DNA from: a virus
Direction: 5' to 3' (one strand)
IMG/VR virus record: IMGVR_UViG_3300045988_183660
Length of the DNA stretch: 64,000 bases
Of the stretch, positions 37,501-47,148 are shown one piece after another; position 1 is the stretch's first letter; each line of letters opens with the position of its first letter. A model generated the notes under the pieces. It was not told the origin of the DNA, searched no databases, and saw only the letters and a list, made by a program, of their open reading frames with translations. The translations under genes and the position numbers were made by a program.

Positions 37501-40500
37501 ATTAGATAAAAGCAGAACTAATTATGTATATACTCAGTGGAATAAGAGCTTCTATGCTTATATGACCGGTGATATACCAACAAGAACAGGTTATAGATTT
37601 GCAGGCTGGTATTTAGGAAATGAAGCAGTATTTAGTAAAACCGGATATGCTTTATATAATACAAGTTTGTTTAGTTATGATACTGATTATCATTGGAGAT
37701 ATGACGGTAATGTAACTGTAAAGGCTGATTGGGAACATATTAAATATACTGTAAAATATGCAACAACATATGGTACAGGAAGTATACCTGATGAAGTATA
37801 TAATTATAGAGATGAATTTATATTAAAAGATGGAAATGCCTTTAAAAAGGATGGATATGAATTTGACCACTATTTTGTAAGACGTGAATCAGATAATAAA
37901 GTATATTGTGTAGATGGTGTATGGCATAGTACAGATGAAAGTGACAGTTATGGAAATAACAGTGCTAACTGGTATGACAGATATTATACCGGTAAGAAAT
38001 TCACAATGGATGCAGCATGGGTAAGAACAGATACAACAGAAGATGAAACATTTACATTCTGGGCTTTTCCAAAACCATGTAAATATACAGTTACATATTA
38101 TGCTAATGGTGGTAATCATTCAGATGGACAGACAAAATGGACAGATACAGCCACATATGATACAAAGTATGATACATGGCGTAATGGCTTGGTACGAAAC
38201 GGATATGAATTTATCGGTTGGAATACAAAAGCAAATGGAACTGGAACATGGTGGGCTACTAAGAATGAAAAAGGTACAAACTGGACACAGAAAACAGATG
38301 GTTTATGGTATTTTACAGGAATCTGGAATACAGATAATGGATGTCCTTTATCAGATATAGACCTGTATGCAGTATGGAAACCGGTTGAATACAGTATCAC
38401 TTATAACTTAGATGGTGGTATAGTAACTGTAAAGAATCCTATAAGTTATACAATAGAAACGAATACATTTACATTAAATAATCCTGTTAAAGCTGGATAT
38501 TCATTCGTTGGATGGACTGGCAGTAACGGAACAACACCACAGAAAACAGTAACAATATTAAAGGGAAGCATGGGTAATAAGACATATACCGCTAACTGGG
38601 TAAAAGATAAAACAATTAAGTTTAAATCGGTTGGACATGCAGGTGAAGAATATAATTCAAAACTGGATGTATCAGTTGCAGCAGGTAAGTCTTATAAAAT
38701 ACCTGAAGAATCAGTTAATTATTATAAAGGTAGAGGATATACTGTTAAATTTAATAACAATGGTATAGGTACAAAACCTGAAGATATAACCGGTAATGCT
38801 CCATTTGATTACTGGAATGTTGAAAGTGGTATAGATGAAGATGCAGATGGATTTTATGCAGGTGAAACAATACTAAAAGTAAACCGTGATGGTATATTAA
38901 GAGCTGAATTTAATGATATTAAATTTAGTGATGATGATTTACCAAAACTTACAGCAACAGGCTATATATTCAGAGGATGGTATACTGATGAAGGTTTAAA
39001 TCATAAAGCAAGTGACGGATATCTTATAGATGGTAACGGATATAATGTTTTAGATAAACCTGAAGAAGTAACACTTTATGCAAAATGGGAAGCTTCTGCA
39101 AACCAGTATACAGTAGAACATTATCTTATGAACTTTGATGGTAAATATGATGATGTAGCATCATATATAGATACATATGCAGCTAAAACAGCTGAAAGTG
39201 TAACACCACCAGTAAGAACATTTGAAGGTTTTACAAGCCCTGAAACACAGACTGTAACCGTAAAACCGGATGGCAGCACTGTAATAAAATATTACTATAC
39301 AAGAAATAAATATATATTGGATTTAAACTCTTGGATAGATAATACAAAATATAGTGATTTGCTTTATTACACAGAAGATGAAAATGGCAACAGAAATCAG
39401 TTTATAGCAGCGAAAGCTACTGTAAAGATAAATGGTGTTGAATATGCCAAGGATGTAACAGATTATGAAAGCAGGTATGTATTTTATGGCAGTGAAATTG
39501 AAATGATTATCACACCTGAAACAGGACACACCATAGTAAAAGATGAGACAGTAGATTATACATACAATGTATATGAAAATGTCGCAACTATTAAACTTAC
39601 AATGCCAGCTTCAGATAAGGAAGTTGCACCTGTATTGTTTACAGACAGTGTAAAGTATGTTGTAAATCATTATCTTATGAATCTTGATGGAAAGACATAT
39701 ACATTAACTGATACATATACAGGTAAGGCAAAAGCAAACCATTATGTAACACCGGCAGTAAATTCATATGAAGGCTTTACAAGTCCAAATACACAGAATG
39801 TAAGAATCAAAGCAGATGGAAGTACAGTAATAAATTATTATTATACAAGAAATCAGTATTATCTTAACTTAAATGGATATTTACAGTATAAAGATAGAAG
39901 TGAAGATTTTACAGAACTGGTAGAGACAGTAAAGAATCTTAATAATGAAGATGTACGGAATGAATTTGCTACAGCTATAGTTAAGGTTAATGGTGAAATA
40001 CATGAAAACGGAAATAATGTAACAGACTTTTATGAGAAAGTGTTATTTGGAAGTACTTATGAAGTAATTACAACTGCAAAGACTGGTTATACAGTTATAG
40101 ATAACACAGAAACACTTACAGGTGTAGTTGAAGCCATTGATACTGAAACAGGTAATGAAGTAAAACCACATGTTAAAGTAAACAGCTATACAATTAAATT
40201 TGAGCCTAATAAGCCAAGTAAAGCAACAGAAGATATAAGCAGTGTATTAACACAGGATGTATATTATAATCGTGAATATAATCTTAAAAAGAATGAATAT
40301 TCATATATAGGTTATGAATTTATCGGATGGAATACAAAGGCTGATGGAACTGGAACAGCTTATAAGGATGAAGCTGTTATAAAGAATTTAACAGATAAAG
40401 ATAATGATACTGTAACATTATATGCACAGTGGAAGATACATAAATGGAACATAAATGTATACGTCAAGAATGAAAAACCTGATGGAACATTTGAAAATGA

Positions 40501-43500
40501 GACATTATGGAAATCTGAAGAACTGGAATATAATACAGAGTATAATTATACAATCTATAAAAATGATAAGGCTTATGAAGATTTAAGCACAAATGGTACA
40601 ATGCCTGATAATAATGTTGATTTACATTTAACAGCATTAAGAAAACAGTATACTGTAACAGTAAACGGAGATAGTCATATCACAAATACAACAGGAAGCG
40701 GCAGATACAGATATGAATATGAACCTACAATAAGTGCCGAAGTAGAAGTTGGTTATCATTTCCTTAACTGGAATAATAACAGTTCTTTAAATAAAGAAGA
40801 AATGCAGATAAAGGTATTAGGAGATATCACATATACAGCTTATACAGCACCAAATACTGATACAAAATATACTGTAAAGCATTATCAGATGAATTTAGAC
40901 GGAACAACTTATACACTTGCTGATACAGAAAACTTTACAGGAGTAACAGATAAAGAAGTTACACCTAAAGTTAAAAAGTATGAAGGCTTCACAAGTCCTG
41001 AAGCACAGACAGTTACAATCAAGGGTGATGGCAGTACAGTTGTTGAGTATTATTATACAAGAAACAAACGTCATTTTAACATTAGGGGATATATCAATAA
41101 TGTATACAGAGATGAACTTGTTGATATAGTAACTAATCCTGTAACAGGAGAAGACGAAACTCATATAGCCGGTACAATGGTAGTAACCATTAACGGTGAA
41201 GTAAAAGCAAGAGATGTATTAAGCTTTGAACAGGATGTATATTATGGAAGCAAGATTAATATTGTTACAACGACAAAGGATGGCTATATAACACATAATG
41301 AAAATTTAGATATTATTATGCCAAAAAGTAACCATACACAAGTTATAATAATTGAATCAGACACCATAACATATACTGTAAGACACTGGAAAAAGAATGT
41401 TAATACAGATACTAACGTCTATGATGAAAATGTATTAGATGAAAAGAATTATTCTTTAGCTGATACAGAAGTTATATCTGGAAAAGCATACAGTTGGGTA
41501 ACACCAGTTATAAAGACATATGAAGGATTTACATATAAGGCTACACTTCCAAGTGAAGGAACAGCTTATATAAAGCCTGATGGAAGTACAGTAATTGATG
41601 TATATTACAGTAGAAATAAATATGTAATTGACCATACTGATGATTATTTAACAGATGTAGAATATGGTAATGGTATCAAAGATGTAAGTGGATTAAATAC
41701 TTATGAATATGAGCAGGAAGTCATGCTTACAGCTAATTTAAAAACCGGTTATCACTGGCATGATACAGATGACTGTATAAGCAGCATTAAGTATCCTACA
41801 GGCTGGTATAGTAGGGATAATTCAGGTGTTGAAGGAATCTTAAAAGATAACACAACATATGAATCACAGAGTATTAAATTTAATATGCCTGCAAGAGATG
41901 TAAAACTTGGTGTAAAAGCTACAAATAATTCTTATACAGTAGTATATAATGAAAATAGACCTACTGACCCTAGTTCACTTTATAATGTACAGGTTATAGA
42001 TGAAATTAAGCAGGAGTTTATTTATAATGAAAGTCAGAATATAGCTACAAATAAGTTTAATTTAGCAGGATATACAAGAAAGTTAGGCTGGATGACAAAA
42101 CCAAGTACAGATGGTAATGGAACAGCTGATTATGCTTATGGAGAGACAGTAATAAATCTTACTGATAAGAACTTGGATGTAATTAATCTTTATGCAATAT
42201 GGGAAGATAATGCACCTGAAATGCTTGATATAAGTAGTACAAATAATTTTGCAGACACACAGACAGTAACACTTTATGCAAGAGACTTAGGAAGTGGTGT
42301 AGCATATATAAGCTTCACAAAAGACACTGAAAAAGAATCTTATGAAAAGGTTACATGTAGTAATAATGGTGTAGTAACAGTTACAAAGACTATAAATGAT
42401 AATGGTACTTATGTATTAAGTGCTAAAGATAAAAATGGAAAAGTAAGTAAAACTACAATTACATTTTATAAGACAACATGGGATACAAATAAGAACCATA
42501 TCATAGCAGCGGATGGATTAAGTGTAGTAGAAGCTGATTTCACATCAGTTCCAACTGCTTTAAGTACCAAAACAAGTATAAATACAGCCGGAAGTATATT
42601 AAGACCTGTGACAAGCAGGGATGGTGTAGATTTCCTTGGCTGGAATACATCAGACACAGCATTAGCAGGAAATATGAGTATAACAGTAAACTCAGATGGA
42701 GCTTATTATGCAGTATGGATAGATAATGATGTACCTGTAGCAGTACTTGATAATATAACATCAGATATATCAGCAACCCAGACAATAACATTCAGTCTGT
42801 ATGATACAGCTGAAAAAAGAATTGATACTGGTTCAGATATAAAGGGATATTATATAGGTACAAATCCAAAAGCAAGATTAAATGAGTTTAAATCTGTAAC
42901 ATCAGGCAAAGACGGAAGCTTTAGTGGAAAAGAAACAGTTACACTTGATAAGGAGACAACATATTATATATTCCCGGTTGATAAAGCCGGTAATATAGGT
43001 GATACAATCAAATTAAATGGTGGAAATGGTTTATTATTCCATAGAGTAGACTTTGATGCGAATGGAACAGATGAAAGTCCGGCAACAGTAAATGTACCAT
43101 ATGCAGTAATACCACATGGAAGTACAATAACATTGCCAACAGCTTATAGATTAGGCTACCATGATGCGTCTGGAAATGAAGAACAGACAGAAGAAAATGA
43201 TGGAAAGACAGGTTACTGGGGAAACAGTAAAACTGCATCCGTTGGCTTTAATATACTTAAGGTTGATAAAGACTATACAGTATATGCATTATGGAAAGCA
43301 AATAAATATGCAATTATACTTTCAAGCAATAAGCCAATGATTAATAACGGATATAGAGCAAATTCTTTCTATAAACCAACTGGTGATAAAAAGATTATAG
43401 TAACATATGATGAAGAAATACCTTTTGAAAATGTAAATAATCCAAGTTTAACAGGATGGACATTTAAAGGATATGCAAATACCATATTAAGTACAGCTGA

Positions 43501-44101
43501 TAATAATGAAAGTAAAGAGCTTATAGATATAAGTGGACAGAAATTTAATCTTCAGTTTGTTAAAGACTGGTATGAAGCTAATAATAAAGAATTTAGTAAT
43601 ATAACAGATATAACACTTTATGCAGCATGGAGTGAAAATAAATATACAGTTAATTATGATACAGTAGGTGGTACAGCACTTAAAAACAGTAGAGTAACAC
43701 ACTGGTATGAAGAAAGTTTCACTCTTCCAAAAGCAACAGGTGATTATTATGATGGATATAAGCCTCTTGATACAGCAGGTAAAGCCATAACAACATACAG
43801 ACCCGGACATATCTTTATGAACTGGATATGTGATGGAACAGTATATGTAAATGGTGGAACAGCTGAAAGACTTATAGCTGATAATAATGGTGAATGTACT
43901 ATTAAGGCAGTCTGGAAAACTAAAAAAACAGTTACACTTAATATTACTTCCGATACTTTCAGAGAAAGTATGACTAATGATTATGCTGCTTTAATTGATA
44001 AAGTATGGGCTTCTAAAGGTACTGATTTCTTAAATAATGAACAGGAAACTATTAAAGAATATACCTTTACTAAATCAAGTGATATCGTTTCTACTAAATA
44101 A
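34586..44101 (+). CDS. 3171-aa secreted cell-surface repeat protein / adhesin (Listeria-Bacteroides Flg_new-type repeats + MucBP-like modules)
   Basis: Signal peptide. About 14 GY(T/I/E)F.GW...LYA.W repeats and 4 copies of V.HY.MN.DG..Y.L.DT..G....TP.V..YEGFTSP..Q.V.I..DGSTV..YYYTRNK. Internal 150-aa duplication (aa about 715-870 vs 1340-1500). No LPXTG motif. Confidence 0.8.
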   Translation: MKKGLMSMRNRFKRFFTMVLAIVTFFTSIPLSNLTFTKADSAVANNGEEDDYYINVTIDLDGGTADDIYYESQVDRDGAGYSAGQWVSKFGAGKTFLDKHGKKHTVAGRGADDPCEGSFVVRADAIGVTPHVVIATPTKEGYTFAGWDTNASVNKYGSDDAFDVGCWNPGSITITALWKRDTANMTVYYDSGVKYVGSDGYSDDYDFTYSGQDHNFPLNSTLQTNVHLKDGFNMVGFQEDAVADGFVWNGWKTNPDYPNVYFDSWTMDTNRSIKVITNTTLSFEYDEGFENTAHTETVQTDDKYYDYPKLKQSYELDYVEDLDTEEKWYTYDGRNNNGSYIYWTANRPRRVKYHSKLKESAKNTLNLDQNGATTKGTERVDVYQGVKIDDITIPKKEYTATFFDGNKKVHDDIINKFKFLGYWNDTKYVWEKDTTGYADFFETGLPNDSDTVDTINGNYGDAYYFDLYSEITGTASTANFTGRLNTYNKNLNTWMNFSIRNTPSQKIRVSMHVNGVGIIETEDGTKCRQYSFELSSNEEVNVFVGGNVEIYFYKETSGNAEFYMEFPQKKELTTGYWYDENGKGLIEYPLSRNHTITAKWSGDNITLPEAPEKEGYTFVGWRTEDAKLMTSEWGNDDSDYLDCKNNYGGDVAKWFKASREGKTNYDVKHMYLVPNSYYLNDEVMHFQWYYVYYAGDEVGLSKNTKFIACYDEIPKVTVKFESGSDNTSEYNQKYDLTVYEGQSLKIPEESASYYKGRKYVVSFDNKGIGTTPDSISGNAPFDYWNVRSGIDEDADEFFAGETIPKVNKNGILSAIYKDVEISNLPILSADGYIFEGWYEDADYTIKADKVSIDGYGYNALDEPELITLYAKWKKTSATLRTVGEEGIAETNYSESTQIEKGSIVRIEAKLSKGYVFKGWYNGDVIISNDLSFDYTMPDEDTVLTAKAEPKWYVLTFDPNGGILKNPGDNLYPLDKSRTNYVYTQWNKSFYAYMTGDIPTRTGYRFAGWYLGNEAVFSKTGYALYNTSLFSYDTDYHWRYDGNVTVKADWEHIKYTVKYATTYGTGSIPDEVYNYRDEFILKDGNAFKKDGYEFDHYFVRRESDNKVYCVDGVWHSTDESDSYGNNSANWYDRYYTGKKFTMDAAWVRTDTTEDETFTFWAFPKPCKYTVTYYANGGNHSDGQTKWTDTATYDTKYDTWRNGLVRNGYEFIGWNTKANGTGTWWATKNEKGTNWTQKTDGLWYFTGIWNTDNGCPLSDIDLYAVWKPVEYSITYNLDGGIVTVKNPISYTIETNTFTLNNPVKAGYSFVGWTGSNGTTPQKTVTILKGSMGNKTYTANWVKDKTIKFKSVGHAGEEYNSKLDVSVAAGKSYKIPEESVNYYKGRGYTVKFNNNGIGTKPEDITGNAPFDYWNVESGIDEDADGFYAGETILKVNRDGILRAEFNDIKFSDDDLPKLTATGYIFRGWYTDEGLNHKASDGYLIDGNGYNVLDKPEEVTLYAKWEASANQYTVEHYLMNFDGKYDDVASYIDTYAAKTAESVTPPVRTFEGFTSPETQTVTVKPDGSTVIKYYYTRNKYILDLNSWIDNTKYSDLLYYTEDENGNRNQFIAAKATVKINGVEYAKDVTDYESRYVFYGSEIEMIITPETGHTIVKDETVDYTYNVYENVATIKLTMPASDKEVAPVLFTDSVKYVVNHYLMNLDGKTYTLTDTYTGKAKANHYVTPAVNSYEGFTSPNTQNVRIKADGSTVINYYYTRNQYYLNLNGYLQYKDRSEDFTELVETVKNLNNEDVRNEFATAIVKVNGEIHENGNNVTDFYEKVLFGSTYEVITTAKTGYTVIDNTETLTGVVEAIDTETGNEVKPHVKVNSYTIKFEPNKPSKATEDISSVLTQDVYYNREYNLKKNEYSYIGYEFIGWNTKADGTGTAYKDEAVIKNLTDKDNDTVTLYAQWKIHKWNINVYVKNEKPDGTFENETLWKSEELEYNTEYNYTIYKNDKAYEDLSTNGTMPDNNVDLHLTALRKQYTVTVNGDSHITNTTGSGRYRYEYEPTISAEVEVGYHFLNWNNNSSLNKEEMQIKVLGDITYTAYTAPNTDTKYTVKHYQMNLDGTTYTLADTENFTGVTDKEVTPKVKKYEGFTSPEAQTVTIKGDGSTVVEYYYTRNKRHFNIRGYINNVYRDELVDIVTNPVTGEDETHIAGTMVVTINGEVKARDVLSFEQDVYYGSKINIVTTTKDGYITHNENLDIIMPKSNHTQVIIIESDTITYTVRHWKKNVNTDTNVYDENVLDEKNYSLADTEVISGKAYSWVTPVIKTYEGFTYKATLPSEGTAYIKPDGSTVIDVYYSRNKYVIDHTDDYLTDVEYGNGIKDVSGLNTYEYEQEVMLTANLKTGYHWHDTDDCISSIKYPTGWYSRDNSGVEGILKDNTTYESQSIKFNMPARDVKLGVKATNNSYTVVYNENRPTDPSSLYNVQVIDEIKQEFIYNESQNIATNKFNLAGYTRKLGWMTKPSTDGNGTADYAYGETVINLTDKNLDVINLYAIWEDNAPEMLDISSTNNFADTQTVTLYARDLGSGVAYISFTKDTEKESYEKVTCSNNGVVTVTKTINDNGTYVLSAKDKNGKVSKTTITFYKTTWDTNKNHIIAADGLSVVEADFTSVPTALSTKTSINTAGSILRPVTSRDGVDFLGWNTSDTALAGNMSITVNSDGAYYAVWIDNDVPVAVLDNITSDISATQTITFSLYDTAEKRIDTGSDIKGYYIGTNPKARLNEFKSVTSGKDGSFSGKETVTLDKETTYYIFPVDKAGNIGDTIKLNGGNGLLFHRVDFDANGTDESPATVNVPYAVIPHGSTITLPTAYRLGYHDASGNEEQTEENDGKTGYWGNSKTASVGFNILKVDKDYTVYALWKANKYAIILSSNKPMINNGYRANSFYKPTGDKKIIVTYDEEIPFENVNNPSLTGWTFKGYANTILSTADNNESKELIDISGQKFNLQFVKDWYEANNKEFSNITDITLYAAWSENKYTVNYDTVGGTALKNSRVTHWYEESFTLPKATGDYYDGYKPLDTAGKAITTYRPGHIFMNWICDGTVYVNGGTAERLIADNNGECTIKAVWKTKKTVTLNITSDTFRESMTNDYAALIDKVWASKGTDFLNNEQETIKEYTFTKSSDIVSTK

Positions 44102-44110
44102 GCTTTTAAG

Positions 44111-44140
44111 AGGGCAGATAAACCTGCCCTCTTTTTTTCT
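44111..44140 (+). terminator. rho-independent terminator (AGGGCAG...CTGCCCT + T-run)
   Basis: Perfect 7-bp GC-rich stem. Confidence 0.75.
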
Positions 44141-44154
44141 CCTTCTATTTTTTA

Positions 44155-44195
44155 TTGACATATACCCTAAAAGGATATATACTATAGATATAAAA
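44155..44195 (+). promoter_or_regulatory. promoter/operator unit TTGACA-N17(dyad ATATACCCTAAAAGGATATAT)-TATACTATAGAT (copy 2)
   Basis: Near-identical to units at 28543 and 58438. Confidence 0.55.
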
Positions 44196-44218
44196 ATAAA
44201 TAAAGGCAGGGAAGAAGC

Positions 44219-44473
44219 ATGAGTATAGAAACGACCAAAAAGGTAAAAGAGAAGATAGTAAAGAAAGAAATAAGTATAGAAAAGACTAATGAAGTGCAGT
44301 CAGTAAGGGTAAAAAGGATAAGAGGCATAACAGGGCTGACACAGAAGCAGTTTGCGGATAGATATAATATACCATATAAGACATTAGTTAAATGGGAACA
44401 GGATGTTATTATGTGTGCTGAATACACACTGGATTTACTGGAATTTAAGGTAAAGTACGATTATACAAAATAA
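44219..44473 (+). CDS. XRE-family HTH protein
   Basis: IRGITGLTQKQFADRYNIPYKTLVKWEQD is the same HTH subtype as the hipB N-terminus. Confidence 0.5.
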   Translation: MSIETTKKVKEKIVKKEISIEKTNEVQSVRVKRIRGITGLTQKQFADRYNIPYKTLVKWEQDVIMCAEYTLDLLEFKVKYDYTK

Positions 44474-44484
44474 GGAGTTTTGAT

Positions 44485-44931
44485 ATGGAAGAATTAACTG
44501 TAAAAGTAGGAGATAAGGTATTAGTATCGGGCAGGTATAAGGAAGATGATTATATAGCTAAAGTAGAAAAGGTAACACCTACAGGACGAATAAAGCTGTC
44601 CGGTGGAAATTCTGCTCAGTTTGATAAATACGGCAGACAGATGGGAGCTAATCTTTATTTTCCATATAGATTATCCATTCCTACTAAGGAAGATTATAAG
44701 CGTATAGAGAAAAATAAACTTGCAGGGAAAATTATATATAACATCAGGTCACTTAATACTGATAATCTTTACAATCTGGATATAACAACACTTACGGTTA
44801 TTAAAGCTGCACTGGACTGCATAGGTGTTGAAGATGAAAAGATAAAAGAAGGAAATCTTAAGCAGATTTTAGATACACTGGCTGCAAAAAATGATAATTG
44901 CAAAACCAAACATAAAGATATAGAAAGATAA
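44485..44931 (+). CDS. hypothetical protein
   Basis: ORF, 11 nt after the HTH gene. Confidence 0.4.
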   Translation: MEELTVKVGDKVLVSGRYKEDDYIAKVEKVTPTGRIKLSGGNSAQFDKYGRQMGANLYFPYRLSIPTKEDYKRIEKNKLAGKIIYNIRSLNTDNLYNLDITTLTVIKAALDCIGVEDEKIKEGNLKQILDTLAAKNDNCKTKHKDIER

Positions 44932-45141
44932 AATCATCCGGCAATAGTTGGCTGCTTCAAAATTAACCATATAAGCATTGTATAAGGCTTGAAACCTTAT
45001 ATGATGCTTTTTTTATGCTTAAAAATATCTTCAAAATCTATAAAAAGTCCTTTTTACAACTTTTTTGAAGTATGGGATTGTTACAATACATATAAATAAA
45101 AAATAAAAGTAGTCATAGGCTGCTTAGAATAGGAGAAATAT

Positions 45142-46080
45142 ATGAGAGACAATCTTTTAAAATTTACAGACAGTTTCAATGATATTAAATCAGAAGTAAC
45201 AGCAATTGCAGATACAGAAAACTCATATGAAGTAAGAAAAGCTACAGAAAGGCTTAATAGAGCTTCTAATTATTCACCATATGGGCTTATAAGCATGGGA
45301 AGACTGGTTAAGTTCCCACCTGATTTTGTAAAGACATTAGCTGACAGTGATGAAACACTATCAGAGCTAGTTATTGAGAACAGGATTAACAATTACTGTA
45401 AAAATGGCAGAAACTTCACTGTAAGGGAATATAACGGTCAGATTTGTGGTGCGGTAACAGATAAGTATGCATTTTTTGATGATAAGGAAGTAATTGATAT
45501 CGTAGAAAACAGCAGATTATCTGAAATGAAGTATCAGGCACAGGTAAGTCCTGAAAGATTACATATCCGAGCAATTGATGATGAAGAATTTTATATACCC
45601 GGAGATGAATCACCTTTAAGATTTATGTATTACATTGATAACAGTAATGTAGGCAGAAGCTCATTTAAGATTAATCTTGGCATCTACAGGCAGGTATGTA
45701 CAAACGGCATGATTGTAAGTCAGAAGGATTTTGTAATCTGTAAGCATATCCATAAAGGTTCAAAAGTATTTAGTACAGATGTTGACATGACTTTAAAGGC
45801 TATGGATGACAAAAAAGAAACCATTAAGATGCTTGTTATTAATTCAGCACTTAAGGATAGTTCCATAAATAAGATTAAGGAAGATTACAGACTTGAATAT
45901 CTTTCAAAGAAACTTAATCTTCCAAAGAAAGAAACCGGAAAGGTAATAAAGCTGTTTAATGAAACTTATGATGGAAAGACAAAGTGGGGGCTTACAAATG
46001 CCATAACAGAATATGCAAGAGATTTATCTGATATAGATAAACGTGAGTATCTTGAACGACAGGCATTTATAGTTGCTTAA
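45142..46080 (+). CDS. hypothetical protein (possibly DUF932-like, mobile-element associated)
   Basis: ORF. The family guess is weak. Confidence 0.3.
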   Translation: MRDNLLKFTDSFNDIKSEVTAIADTENSYEVRKATERLNRASNYSPYGLISMGRLVKFPPDFVKTLADSDETLSELVIENRINNYCKNGRNFTVREYNGQICGAVTDKYAFFDDKEVIDIVENSRLSEMKYQAQVSPERLHIRAIDDEEFYIPGDESPLRFMYYIDNSNVGRSSFKINLGIYRQVCTNGMIVSQKDFVICKHIHKGSKVFSTDVDMTLKAMDDKKETIKMLVINSALKDSSINKIKEDYRLEYLSKKLNLPKKETGKVIKLFNETYDGKTKWGLTNAITEYARDLSDIDKREYLERQAFIVA

Positions 46081-46103
46081 GATATCTGAAAGGCGGGTAA
46101 TTA

Positions 46104-46745
46104 GTGAAAAATAAATGTTTCATGCCGGTGGTTGTATTATTACTTGCACTGGCATATCCGGCAACTAAACAGACTGATAAAACAAATTGTATGGCAGCTG
46201 ATTTGGATAATTTTACATCAGCTAAAATAAATGAAGTAGAAACAGTTTATGTATCAGGTAATGAAAATTCTGAAGCAGTCGAGCCGGAAGAAGATACAGA
46301 AAATGAAGAAAATATATCAGATTCTATAGAGGCAGATATAAGTAATGAAATATCATCCATAGATATTGATATGGAAATATATAATGCAGTTGTAAAATAT
46401 GCAGCTGAGTATGAAATAGATGAAAAGCTTATATTGGCAGTAATAAAGACTGAAAGTGATTTTGACCAGTATGCTTTAAGTTATGCAGACTGTAAAGGAT
46501 TAATGCAGCTGAATGATATATTTTTCAAGGAAGAGATGAAAGAATTTGGAATAACAGATATATATGATATTGATAGTAATGTTCATCTTGGAACTTATTA
46601 TTTAAGAGATTGTATAAATAAGAGTAATGGTGATATAAAACTTGCTCTTATGATGTATAACGAAGGTTATTCCGGTGCATTAAAGACTTTTAATAATTAT
46701 GGCTATAGTAATTATGCTTATAAGGTATTTGATAATATTGATTGA
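46104..46745 (+). CDS. secreted lytic transglycosylase (SLT domain, VirB1-like)
   Basis: Signal peptide. IKTESDFDQYALS...GLMQL...YNEGYSG is the SLT catalytic signature. Confidence 0.65.
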   Translation: MKNKCFMPVVVLLLALAYPATKQTDKTNCMAADLDNFTSAKINEVETVYVSGNENSEAVEPEEDTENEENISDSIEADISNEISSIDIDMEIYNAVVKYAAEYEIDEKLILAVIKTESDFDQYALSYADCKGLMQLNDIFFKEEMKEFGITDIYDIDSNVHLGTYYLRDCINKSNGDIKLALMMYNEGYSGALKTFNNYGYSNYAYKVFDNID

Positions 46746-46885
46746 TTTCGTTTTCAAGTATGAAAACATTTAAAACAAATCAAATTACACAAGTATGTGT
46801 TATTAGGATGTGAAACAGCATCATAACACATACTTGGATTTGCTTCACTTTTTAGAAAGTGAAGCAAATTGGTAACATATTTATA
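46741..46885. promoter_or_regulatory. multi-hairpin element: TTGATTTCGTTTTCAA/TGAAAAC..AAATCAA palindrome, perfect 14-bp hairpin CAAGTATGTGTTAT/ATAACACATACTTG, hairpin TTGCTTCAC/GTGAAGCAA, then CAAATTGGTAACATAT (copy 2)
   Basis: Inverted repeats read directly. The 5-prime and 3-prime parts are homologous to 18316-18385. Confidence 0.55.
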
Positions 46886-46953
46886 ATGAAGAACAAAAAT
46901 TATTTTTTTTACTTATTAAAACAAAAAATATAGGGCAAAGGAAAAAAGAAAAT

Positions 46954-47148
46954 ATGAAGACAGATATTACAAACGGACTAAATAATTGTAAGGTATATGC
47001 ATATCTGCATGGCAGAAAGAGACTTGTGTATACAAACAGCATGGAAAACTGTGATAAGTATTGTGAAGAAAGAAATTATGAATTTATGGATAATGAAGGA
47101 AATACATGGCAGCTTCAGATAGATGATAGCGAATATTACGAGGATTAA
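46954..47148 (+). CDS. hypothetical small protein
   Basis: ORF. Its stop overlaps an open downstream frame. Confidence 0.3.
   Translation: MKTDITNGLNNCKVYAYLHGRKRLVYTNSMENCDKYCEERNYEFMDNEGNTWQLQIDDSEYYED

Noticed and set aside
43800-44101. LPXTG or other sortase signal at the C-terminus of the giant protein.
   Set aside because: The C-terminus ends ...FTKSSDIVSTK with no LPXTG/NPQTN motif, hydrophobic stretch or positive tail.
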